Source: Geosiphon pyriformis uo1 | Lineage: Eukaryota; Fungi; Glomeromycota | DNA: 64,000 bases | Reading direction: 5' to 3' | Assembly: GCA_016748015.1 (NCBI GenBank) | Contig: JAAOMT010000219.1 | Span: 1-64,000 of the forward strand | Notes under the pieces: generated by a model | Databases searched by the model: none | Told to the model about the DNA's origin: nothing | The model's input: the letters and a program-made list of their open reading frames with translations, nothing else | Position numbers and translations under genes: made by a program | Shown here: positions 52,473 through 64,000 of the stretch, piece by piece | Numbering within the stretch: the stretch's first letter is position 1 | How the letters are laid out: every line of letters begins with the position of its first letter

Positions 52473-55400
52473 CTAGGCACCTATATGCACCAAGACCAAG
52501 TTACCTACACCTAAAAAGAATAAACTAGATTTACGAAACCCAAAACTAACACCAAGTGCATTAGCAATACCCAACAACCTAACCACACCAGACAAGAGCA
52601 CCAAAGAAAGACCAGAAACCAAAATAAGAATAGAGCTGTCACACGGGATCAAGCCACCTTTCTCCATAACAGCTCTGTGTTTTGCATACACCAGCCAAAT
52701 ATCATCACGGAATGCAAGACTGAATTCACGAACAAATGCCACAATATTTTGAGTCGCTGTTTTAGAGTCCTTGAAAACAGAAAGAGATTCACAATACCAC
52801 TCATTGAAAACAAAGCCCTTACATATAGCCATACTAACAACAGCATCAGAAGCACAAGCAGAAAGCAACTGTGAAACACATGATGTTGAGTGAGATAAAC
52901 CTGAGTGCATTTCCCAAACAGATGCATGAGCATTCATCAACCAAGCATGATCACCAGCATCGAATAGGCACGAAAACACATGATCTGAAATTTCAACATC
53001 ACCACAAAACAAACACATAACACTGGGGTACCCCTTATTGTAAAGTCACTTTCGCACAGCAACAGAAAGGCGATGATGCAACGCCTTCATAAAATATGTC
53101 TGAGACCCAGCAGTATGAGCACTAGTGAAACCAGCAGCCAAATAAGAGTCTGGATGCCACACCGAACATGACCTGAACCAATCAACATTAGCACATAGGC
53201 TGTCCACCAATACCCGAGAACCAGAACCGACCTTCCAATGTGCACGGTAAATAGAGCAGAAAACACCACGAACAAAATGCCTAGAATTACCAGAAACCAC
53301 AGTACCGCCAGCCTTAAGAAAATGTTCATCGATCCTGTGAAGAAGATGCACACCAGAAGACGCAGCAGCCCTAGCCAAAGTGTCAACACGCTCATTGCCC
53401 AAGACTCCAGAGTGACCTCTAACTTTAATCCAATCAACATCTAAATTTTTGCGACGAATGACATTAGAAATATGACGGTGTTCGACTCAACACTGATTTC
53501 TGAAATCTGGATGTCTCAACATTAACTCCGACCTGCATGCATCCAAAGCAGTCTGGCTGTCCAAAAACAGATTAACCGAACGAGAAGGAGGGACACACTC
53601 AAGAGCCAAAGCAATAGCTTACAGCTCCGTCATGGTAGAAGAAACCAAACCAGAAACTTCCACACCCAAACCCAAATCAATGTCCTCAAAAAAAACAGCA
53701 GCGCCAGCCTTCATATCAAAAGTACCCAGCTCATACAGAGAACCATCTGTAAATAGAGAAAAGCGATTGGAACCAATTTCCAACAAGCGATTGCAAACAA
53801 CATCAAATTCGCAAGACTCAAGTACATCAGACAAGTCAACATACAATGGCAAAAGAGAACAAACAGGAGATGACCCAGAACCAGATAAAAAGCAAACAGC
53901 AGCATTAAACCAATCAGGAATCGGGCCCCAAGGATCTAGTCTTTTCCACCACTTGAAGGTCCTCTATTCGAAAACAGAACCAGTTCAATCGCGAAGCTGC
54001 TCGACAAAGGCAATTCCATATCGCCGAAGCGAAGAGACACATTTATAAAAAGCAAACTTGCCAAGAACAATAGACATTGGGGTCCCCTTTTGAAAATGAA
54101 AAACATTGGTCATGAGACCACCCAAAGAAAGATCACAACCCAAAAAAATCCGGATGACACCAGCCAAAAAATTATTCAAAGAACTGACATTAATACGAGA
54201 AGGGAAAAGCAGAAGGTGACAAAGGTGCCAGCTGAGAACCTGTAAATCATGAGACCTATGCGTGAACAGATGGCCCAAAATATCCATTGAATTGGCAAAA
54301 CAAACAACAACAGCTGACTTGCTTTTAGCCTGGATCTGTTTAAAAGATTTCAACCTGTACAGAGAAAGATGATAAATAGCATTACTGTGAAAGTCGAGCA
54401 GAAGACCAGATTTGGACTTCAAACCTTTACGAATTATAGTGTCCTATTTTGCACACACACTAATAGGAACAAAACTAAACTGAGTCCTATAGGCAATTAT
54501 GGGGTAAAGAACTGCTGACACCAAATACGAGAACTGCTTATCAGAGATAGCCTTTCTCAGAACAAGATTGGTAAAAAACTGGACATCCAAGCATGCCTTA
54601 GCCAAGCTAGGCTTTGACAAATCTTCAGTAGACAGAAAGATACTCAGGTACTAATGAGGCTCTCCCCTTTTGGCTATCAAAATAGGCAAACCACTGATCA
54701 ACAAATGAGGACTGGAAACTCTGCAATTAATGGGAATGGCCACCATTTTGTCATTATTGATTGAAATGTCATTGACTCGAAAAAACTCACTAGCAACATT
54801 GAAAATATGTTGGGTGGCAGCCTGGCTGCTACCAACCCAAATCGTATCGTTGACAAAAGCACCAGCAGCAAGAAAAGAAATCAAACCAGCCCGAGATTCA
54901 GCGCAACTAGTGTTGGTGACAAAATGAGAGTCTAACCTGTATCCACATACACTTTCTTGTCTCTTGACTTCACACAAAAGGGGATCATAAAATATGCGCC
55001 AGAGAAGAGGAAAAAACACCTCCCCTTGATCCAAACCATCATGTACCCAATATCCATCAGTCAACCCAAAATCCGTCATAACTCTGTTGACCCGATCATT
55101 GTGGATGCTACCAAAAAACTGAATGAATTTGTTACACATTTTTATTCTGACCAAGCTCTTCCTTAGATGCTCCCAGCCAACAGAATCATAAGCCTTTCGC
55201 ATGTCTTGTAAGACTAGTCACAGCTCTCGGTTCTTTTCCAAAGCATCTTCAACGACCAATCCAATAGTGAAAATAGGAGACTCCGTGGTCATGCCTTTTA
55301 AAACAGAAAAATTATCCCCTCTCAGAATGTCGAAAACACTACAAGCCGAAGAAATTCTGTCCGAAAGCACTTTAGAAAGGATTTTGCGAGCCGTCTCAAT

Positions 55401-57161
55401 CAAAGCAATAGGATAGGTATTCATGAGAACGCCTTCCCACTCATATAGTTTGGGGATCATCGACACTCAAGCCTCCTTCCAAGGCCCAGGAACAGATTTA
55501 TGCTTCAAGCAAATATTCAAAAACACTAAAAGCATATCCAAAACTGATTTGTCGCAATGTTTCCATAACTCATTCGAGATACCAGAGAGACCAGCTGCTT
55601 TCCCATCAGGCAGGTTCGAAATGACACTAGACATCTCATCAAAATCAATTAGGCTCATTACACCAGAAAAAGCATCATCAAAAACATACTCTAAAGGCTG
55701 ATATTGGCAATCCCAGACACCAGTAACATCAGAAACAACATTGTGCTTCCTAGTCCATCCCTCCATGACTGTATCTACTTTGGCCTTAACCAGAGCAGGC
55801 TCTAAAACCAACTCATTATCAACAACCAGATAATCCAAAGTTATTTTGCGAAAAGAACGTTCCAATACACTCCTAATAGTATGACTTTTGTCCAATTCAA
55901 AACTTTCCATTCTTTTATCTATCGCTGATCTGATTTGAGATTCCCTAACTTGTTTTGCTTCCGACATTTTGGATGCACGATAAGACTTTTTGACCTTAGA
56001 CAAAACTAACCGAATAGCATTGAAGTGAGAACCTGATAGAAAGAGAAACTTCATTGCAAAAGCATTGACTGAATTCAAACCTTCCCACCTGTCGAGCAAG
56101 GATGTAAACTCCTCAGCAGAATCCATATGAGATGCCTTAACTAACTTAGACACCAAGAGCTCCAGCTTGTGAAATTTGGACAAATCCTTGCTAAAATTTT
56201 TATCATATCTTTTAAACCACTTTTTCTTGAAAACTGTCTCAGCAGACAGACACATTACTCTACGGAGAGCAACCCACATCAAATCCAAGTCTGAGTGGAT
56301 TCTGGTTGCAAGAAAATCATCATGAAACATAGCAGCATTTGCCGCTGTATCTACTTTAAATTTGGCCCATTTAACATCATCCGCACCTTTGCAATCGTAC
56401 TTCCAGCGATCTCTATTTGCTTGCTTGCAAACAGAATTCAACTGAACATCGAGCAAACCACCCAAACCCACTAACACTGAGACAGCCTGATGATCAGTAT
56501 TAAAGTATTCCCCAATGCCAAATACGTTGCGACCCACTACTGCATTGACCAGATTTGAAGAAACGAACATAAAATCAATTGTCTTAGCAACGCCCTGAGA
56601 ATTGGACCAAGTCGGCAGTTTCCCACAGGAGCTCCCACCCAAGGCATTAACCAGACCCAAATCCAGACATTTTTTAAAACTCGCACACTTGTGAGAACCA
56701 TCTTCATTGAAATCGCCACCAAGAACAATGAAAGAAGATTCATTAACAGCTTTTGCAATGAGAGAGTTGACTTCACCAGTCTGAGAGAACCAAATTGCTA
56801 AGGAAGCACCAGCATACAGACCCAGAATAGACACCAAAAGTTTATTTTTGAAAAGTAACTTAATAGACAAGAGCCGACCAGGCATCTCTGACACCTTGCA
56901 CACATGTCTTGCCAAAGAAGAATTCATGACGACTGCAACACCAGCACCCAGATATCCAGATTCCAAACCAGAGGTAAACACCCACACACCATCATATTTG
57001 TTGACTATCCAGAGGCAAATTTTCCCTTTTAACTTTGATTCTGTAAAAATAGAAACTAAATTGTTCTTCTCCATATGCCAACAAATAATATCGTCCTGTT
57101 TTGCAAGATTGTTCATACCTCTGATGTTGCAAGTAGCAATATTCCAAACCAGACTGTTCAT
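52473..57161 (-). pseudogene. LINE ORF2: APE endonuclease, RT, RNase H, C-terminal CCHC (~1562 codons, one frame, several premature stops)
   Basis: ATCNIRG, GGDFN, IDFMFVS, TDHQAV; QDMRKAYDSV, GLDQGE, AFVND; FTDGS, LFLDSQ, KVRGHSG..GNERVD; CLFC..SDHVFSC. All listed minus-strand ORF2 pieces share one frame. Confidence 0.92.
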
Positions 57162-58939
57162 TAAGAAAAAAAGAAATTTGAACCCACCCCAAAACTGTCC
57201 ACTTTGGCTGAAAGTCCCAGAACTGTTTCCATTAGACACTTCATGTTATCTTCCAATCTGGACACCAAAGATACATCAAAAGACACCGCTTCCACAACAA
57301 TCTTACCACTAGTGGCTGCACTTGAACCCTCACTCATCACTATATCCGCCTCTTGATTTTGTGATGAAGGGATCACCAACAGCTGACATCCAGGACTTGG
57401 CTGGGAAACCATTGGCTCAAGTGCATCCAACTTCTTAGCCAGCTTACCCACCTGCTCCGTGAGGCTGGCGAGACTGCGCTCAAGAGCAGCAAACTTATTA
57501 TTGACTATTATCGAAACCAGCAGGGACAGCACCATCCCCAAAGAGGAACCAGATTTCACTGAAGCATTTCGTCCAGAGAGAGGAGGAAAAGAAGACCCAC
57601 TAGCAACTTTTGCCCAAGAGAGACCACTAAAAGAGACTGGACGAGCAATTGGAGCTGATTGCTTGGCATAGATGGCTGCCAATCTGCTTTTATCTGGGTC
57701 TGACAGGACTCTATGCAAAGACAAACCTGAAGAAACCCTCCCACTAATCGCACAGTCCAATGATATATGGCCTGATTTCTCACACTTGGCCAGAACAAAA
57801 CAAGACCAGTGTAGATTGGCGCTCCTCAACACTGGCATGGTTCTCACGATGGCATTTAATGATTCAGCAAAATCAAAACAGATGACAGCACACCTAGCTT
57901 TAGCATACGTAACCGGATAACGATCAATAACACACATCTTCTCACCCACAGAACCAATAAAATCCCAGATGTTATGAGCAGTCATTCCCATTGGCAGAGT
58001 ATAGAGCAGCGCCCTATGCTGGTCCTTTGTGTCCCATGATTTTTTGTCCAAATCTGATCTAGCCACCCACACAGCATCCTTCTTGATTAAGATAGACCAC
58101 TTTGTCGTGACCAAATTGGCATGATCTAATTGCTCAAATTCTACCACAGCCTTCTGCCACAGTCCCACCAATTACATCTTGATCGACTTAATTATCCCAA
58201 ACTCAGAGAGTGCAACACGCACAGCCTCAGCTGATGTTTCAACTGGAATTTTCTTTAACACCACAGCCCAATCTGAGTGACCAGCTGATCTCTTAAAATT
58301 GGTGTTTACCACGATATTTGCACCAGTAGCTTTTTCAGTGGCTTTCATTAGACTCGATTTGGAAGTAAATGTTACTTTGATGATCCCTGAGAACTTTGAG
58401 GGGGTAGATGCCCCCCCAAAACCATTGATTCCTGAAAATAAACTCCTAATCTTTTTGAGCTTTTCCTGGGCCGAATTTCCTTCTACCACTTTCAGATCTA
58501 AATCCAAAGCAAATGACTTTCTAACAGAAACATTGACCAGGTTCTTAAGAGAAGGGGGAAGCACTAGACGGGCATCCAGAAGAACATCATCATTATCATC
58601 GACATCCAGGAAATTGATTTTTCCCAAAGGCTTTCCCAATGCTTTCCTAGTTATCACCCGCAAACCTTTCGGCATTTGATCCAAATCTCCACCAATGAGC
58701 GCACCACCTTCACCACAATCAAAACTTGTTTCCTCTACAAGACACTCCTCTTCCATATCAACACTGTCAGATTCAGTAGTGTTACTCACCTCAAAACCCT
58801 ATGAACAATTACCAAGAGCTTTATCAGCAACCTCTCTATTATCAACACTCTCTGCCAATACACCACCCTTTTTCTTCTTCCTTGACATGACTGTCTTAAA
58901 ACCATCCTCAGAACCAGAAACTTTGGTAGCCTTCTTCAT
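57161..58939 (-). pseudogene. LINE ORF1 (~592 codons; RRM-like regions, Zn-knuckle relic KCEKSGHISLDC, coiled-coil)
   Basis: ATG at 58939; ORFs 58172-58789 and 57161-58171 are in the same frame, separated by a TAA (probably from CAA). Confidence 0.85.
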
Positions 58940-60778
58940 AACAGCAATAACAGAACCAACAGTAGTCTCGTAATTGAAAAATGGTTTTGATTTATTGTAT
59001 TGAATGGTAAAAAAACTTTTTTCGAAAAAACTTTAGACTCTTTTTTGGGAATTTTGGATGAAGGAGAGAAAGAAGTTTTTTTTTTATTGATAAACTTTAT
59101 AAGATACTAAAAAAAAGATATTAATTATAGTTTTTTTATTTTTTGTTCTGGTTATGGTTATAAAATTAAAGAAACAAAGAGTTGTTTTTTTTAAAATTAA
59201 ATTGGCTTTTATTTTATTTGCTGTTTGGTTTTATTGAACTTAAATTTGTTTTAAAAAACAATATTAAATTGTTTTATATAGATTTTACTTTTAAGTTTTT
59301 TTAATTGTTGTTATCAAAGTTATAATTAATATTTTTTTTTAATTATACTTAAAATTACAAAATCTTTTGTAATAACTTTTAGTTTTTTTTTATTTATTTT
59401 TATTGTATTTTATAATGTTTTTTTTTAACACATCTTCAAATAATATTAAAAATATTTTTAATGTTTTTGGTATTATTATTTTAGTTAAGTTAAAATTTAT
59501 TAGTTTGTAATAATATACTATTGTTTATTTTAAAAAAAATTTTATTGTTGTTGTTTTTTATAATTGGTCTGTATTAATTAACAAAAATAATATTAAAATT
59601 TATTTTATGTTTAATTAAAAAGAAATTATTGTTTTAAAAACATTTTTAAAACTAAATTAATCAATTTTTTCTTGGCTATATTATTTTTAAAATTAATGAT
59701 TTGATTTTTTAAGTTAATAATTATATTTGTTTATTTTTTATTTTTTTAATTCTTATTATTATTAATATTTTGTTGTTATAATATTTGACTTTCTTAAATT
59801 TTTGAATTTTACTATTATAAAAACTAATATTTTATATAAATATTATATTTGATAAAAAACTTTTAAATATTATTGTTATTACAGATATAAAAATCTGAAT
59901 TATTTGTCTATAATTGTAAAATAATTTCATTTTTTTTTAAGTTATATATTAAGTTTGTTGTTAGTTCTAAGTTTTTTGTATTATTTTTTATTAATAAAAA
60001 ATTTTATGTTAAAATCTTTGTTTTTTTAGCTTTTTATTTTACTGTTTTTTGGCTGCTTCTTGTAAATTTAAAAGTTAAATTTTTATTGAATTTTTTGAAA
60101 TCTTAAATTTTAGATTTGGTTTTTTTGATTAAGTCTGTTATTAAACTAATTGGTTTATTAATTATATTAATTATTACTCTTTTAAATATTTTTTTGTTGT
60201 ATATATAAAGCTTAAAGATATAGTTATAATTATTTAAAATAAAATATCTATTTTTGGTAAAACTTTAAGCAAATTTAGTGTTAAAATAATTAAAATTAAA
60301 GTTAAATATAAAATTAAAATTAATTTAATAAATAATATAAACTATTTATTAAATAAAAATACTTATTTTTAATTAATAATTCTTAAAAAGCATTGATTTT
60401 TTAAGATTAAGCAAAATTCAGATAAGATTACTAAATAATTAAGTAATTTGATTATAAATAATAGTTTTTTGTTTGTAATTATATATAAAATAACTTTTTA
60501 AAATAAAATTTTATTAAATTTAATATAATTTAATTTAAACTAAGCTTATATCTAATTATATGTAGAAAATATGTAAATTATATTTAATTTAAGATATTTA
60601 AATTGTTGTATTATATTAAGTTTTAATTAAACTTATATATTAAATAATAAAAAATTTAATATAAATATTAAATCAAATAAAAACAAAATTATTTATTTTT
60701 TAAAATATATTTATTTAAAAATTTTGTTTTTATTTTTAAAAGATTTAACAATTTTTAAATATTAATTTTTATTTAATA

Positions 60779-63700
60779 CAATAAAAATATTAAAAAAAAA
60801 TCTTTCTTTTGTCGATCTCCTGACCATGATGAGAGTGAAATTTTATTGAAGTTTTAATTAGTCTTTTTTCTTTTTCTTTTTGTTTCTTTTCTAATTATTT
60901 CTTCTAACTTTTCTCTTTTTGTTGCTATGAATCCAGTAGGTGTTTTTGCTAGTGGTTCTGATACTGGTTTGGCTGGATTAAAGATCTGGTCAAGTGGCAA
61001 GAAAAAAGCTCATGTGAATAGTGTGTACTCTTATAGTCTATCATTTAAAAAGCCAAAGATGTCTGTAGCTGGTAATGTGATTAATTTATCTGTTGGCTTT
61101 TTAAGCTTGGAAGATATTGGTAATGCTAGTGTTAAGCCTGTAATGTCCTAAAGAAGTGAAGTTGGCAGCATTTCTAATAGTATAAGCAGTTTTTTGGATG
61201 TTAAAAATATGGAAAACATAGTCACTGAAAAAACCAGTTACACAGAATCTGGTGAAGATAATAATATGGATAAAGCAATGCTGAAAAAGACTCACACATA
61301 AACATATATGCTGAACAACCCACCAAAGCAATCTTTATTCGAATATATGAGTAGCAATGATGTTGTGCTGGATTTTTTTTCTTGTGTAGTTATTGGGCCC
61401 AATTAATTGCCACTACTTAAGTTATGTGCCTTGGGGAAACAGAGCTTCAATTTGACAAAATTTTTTACACTTAATATTAAGATTTTAGCTGTACTTAGAA
61501 AGACTATTATTGACAAGTTAATGACTGTAAAAAAAAATTTTTATTGTGTTGATGAGTTTGAAAGAGCTTTAACTTTCTCAAAATTCTTAGAAATCATTAA
61601 ATCTTTATTTACTTCTAAAATAAGTTTGAAAAAGGCAAAAAAATTGGCTGTCAATAAGAAAATTTTAGTCAATGATGATGTTAGACAGATAAACAAATAC
61701 ACAAATCGAAAAATTGTTGTGAAAAAGATTCCAGTGGATTTTTTTAAATCAGTTGTGGAATCTGTTTTTTCTAAATTTGACAAGATTGTTTCAATCAAGA
61801 TACAACTGATTGGCCTTTGGCAAAAAACCCTAATAGGTTTAAGTTATCAGATGTAGCTAGTTTGGTTGCTTTCAAATGATTAGTGTTCATGGGAAAAAAT
61901 TTGGTGCATGTAGTTTTGGCTGTCAGTGATAAAAAATCATGGGTAACAAGAGATTATCATCGGGCTCTGTTGTATACTCTCCCAGTTAGAACCACAGCTT
62001 ATGACTTATCTGATTTCTTGGGCTCATATAATAGAAAAACTTGTTTCATTGGCTATAATTCAGTTATATATGTTTGCAATAGATATGCAGTGATTTGTTT
62101 TGACAACAAAGAATTAAAAAACAATGTTATTGGTTCTTTGCCAGTTTTTAAAGGTGCAAATTTGAGATGGGCTGGTTTTTTTCTGGCCTGTTATGCTAAA
62201 TGTAACCAATTTGATCATGTTTCTAATGATTGTTCTATGGGTAAAAATTTTGGTGCTCATGAGAAACAAGTGGTGATCTCTCAAGATTAGGTCTGCTTGG
62301 CCAGTATATATAGGAAAAAACAAGCATTTATTGCTCACCTAGTCTCTTTTGGTAGTAAAACTTGGGTGCAGGTTGTTAGTAATTCTCTTTTCCATATTGT
62401 TTCTTCAGCTTCATTAAGTATTAAAGTGGTTTTGGGAGTGGAACCCCTTCACACTATTTCTGCTCTCTATAGTGTTTCTAGTTTTAATGATTATTTGGTC
62501 TTTTTGGAGTGCTCTCTGGAGCTTTTGGCAGACCAGGTTTCTGGCATCTTGAAAAAATTGAGCTTTATTAAATTGGTGCCCTTGCTGTTTACTTCTCAGA
62601 TGTCTTTCCTGGTTGCTTTTGTTTTTTTGGCATCTAATTTGAATTCAAACATAGCTTTAGATGATGTGTTGGCACTGCTCACCCTTTCTCTCCTTATTGT
62701 TAATTATGTAATCTCTGATTTCAGCTCCAGCAGTTTGAAGATTCTAACCACCAAAGTGTGTGATTTGGAGTCAAAGATAGTGGCTCTGAAAGTGTCAATT
62801 CATTCAGTGCTGGCTAGGTTAGATTATTTAGGCTCTGGTTTAAATTTTTTATCCCTCTCTTCTTCTTAATGAGTAGTCTGACTTGGAGGTTTGGTATATG
62901 CAACATTTGGGATATTAATGTTTCTGCTAAGCAAGAAGATGTTGTTTTGTGGTATTTGAGCTTAAATAATATAGTGTCTTTTGTTACAAAAACTAAGTTG
63001 CATTCTAGTGTCAAACCTTGGATTGCCAATAAATTTGATGGTATATAAATATTTACATCTGGCCTAGAAAAAAGCTATCTTGGTGCTAGTGTGGCTGTTA
63101 TTGTGAACAATTCTTTGGTTTGTTATGTTTTTAAGATAGAAAAGGTTTTAGGAAGAATTATTTCAGTACGGCTTCTGTTTAAAGACAAGTTTTCAGTTAC
63201 TGTCTTGGGTTTGTATGCTGGTGCTTTGGCTGAGATTAGATTTGGTTAGGCTTCGGAAATGAACTCTTTCATTGTAAAGACCATTAACTTTAGCACTTTT
63301 GTGGTTTTGGGTGGTGATTTTAATGAAAATAGATTTGAAAGGAGTGCAAGTTTCAAGTTTTGTTTAGATTTGGGCTTGATCAATTCTTTTGTGGGCCATT
63401 CTTTGGTTAAAGCTGCTATATAGAACAATTTGAGAGAGGTCAAAAAGACTATTGACTACATTTTTGTTAGTAAAAACTTGGCTTTAACAGTTGCAAGTTA
63501 TGTGATTGGCTCTGTTTCTAACTTTTTTAATACTGATTACAAGACTGTTATAGTGTCTATTGATTTAGGTGGCCTCTTAGATGGTCATTTAAATAGCTTA
63601 TGCAAACAGGCAAATAAGAATTATTGAAAGTTTAATATTAAGGATGTAAATAATACCAAGTAGGCTAAATTTGAGATTTATGTGGTTTTTAAGCTTTTAT

Positions 63701-64000
63701 TGATAAAAGACAAACTTACTAATGCTAAGACATGTGGTAATGTAGATGTTATGTAGATAATTTTGAAGAAGATGATGGTAAAATTAGCTAAGAAAATGTT
63801 TTTGAAGCATTGGTTCAGTGAGTTTTAGTGTTTGAGGAACAAACATTCTTTCAGGTTTTTTGGGTTGGAGATATTAACTGCCAAAATTGTTAGGAAATTT
63901 AATTCTGGTGATACTGTTGAGATTGCTCATCTTATAAAAACTTGATCAACCTTGAATGAAGCTAAAGCCTGCACTTTTACTGACTTAATTCTTTTGAATA
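60779..64000 (+). mobile_element. LINE of a related family (ORF1 ~60927-62869, ORF2 APE from 62869), moderately mutated, runs off the window
   Basis: IKIQLIGLWQK, HRALLYTLP, KCNQFDHVSNDC; ORF2 MSSLTWRFGICNI, LGGDFNE, KTIDYIFVS. Confidence 0.88.

Larger units (their letters stand above)
52336..59091 (-). mobile_element. Full-length non-LTR retrotransposon (LINE) with RNase H
   Basis: Poly(A) tail (poly-T at 52336-52354); 10-bp TSD AAACTTTATA at 52326-52335 / 59092-59101; two ORFs. Confidence 0.95.
49300..59250 (-). mobile_element. Old LINE ORF1 relic (about 49300-49505, 50437-52335, 59092-59250), split by a solo LTR and a young LINE
   Basis: The reading ITITRTKNKKTIINIFFLVSYKV|LIKKV continues across the young LINE's TSD; ORFs 51321-52238 are ORF1-like. 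Confidence 0.6.

Noticed and set aside
57162-57239. N-terminal 26 aa of the 590-aa ORF in the track
   Set aside because: It overlaps the end of ORF1; homology and the TAATG junction place the start at 57161.
52677-58973. Numerous plus-strand ORFs (e.g. 53632-54048, 56848-57312, 58299-58679)
   Set aside because: Antisense shadows of LINE ORF1/ORF2 with no independent motifs.
59250-60780. Very AT-rich tract (also 1-680, 40125-40630, 47200-48140)
   Set aside because: Probably end-stage eroded repeats, but no homology, termini or ORF could be supported.

Overview
Eukaryotic, very AT-rich fungal DNA. The repeat content suggests an early-diverging fungus (Glomeromycotina-like; this is inference). 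A 5.5-kb island of three intron-containing host genes lies at about 41.9-47.2 kb: a small 4-TM protein, an SLC25A39/40 (Mtm1)-type mitochondrial carrier and a prenylcysteine oxidase/lyase. The rest is a nested retroelement graveyard. It contains three LTR-bounded Ty3/Gypsy elements (1477-10670; 17927-40120, which holds several later insertions; 27957-37897), one truncated Gypsy, five solo LTRs with 4-bp TSDs and several LINE copies. One LINE is full length (52336-59091; APE-RT-RNaseH-CCHC; 10-bp TSD). Main observations: (1) the repeats are eroded almost only by C>T/G>A transitions in all dinucleotide contexts, a RIP-like signature; (2) two Gypsy families with different LTRs share an expanded pol (PR, CxxC-rich domain, dUTPase, RT-RH-IN) plus a possible extra 3' ORF; (3) LINE ORF1/ORF2 are joined by a conserved TAATG stop-start overlap; (4) 3 of 16 inferred host introns need GC-AG splicing. 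All alignments, counts and gene models were done by eye.
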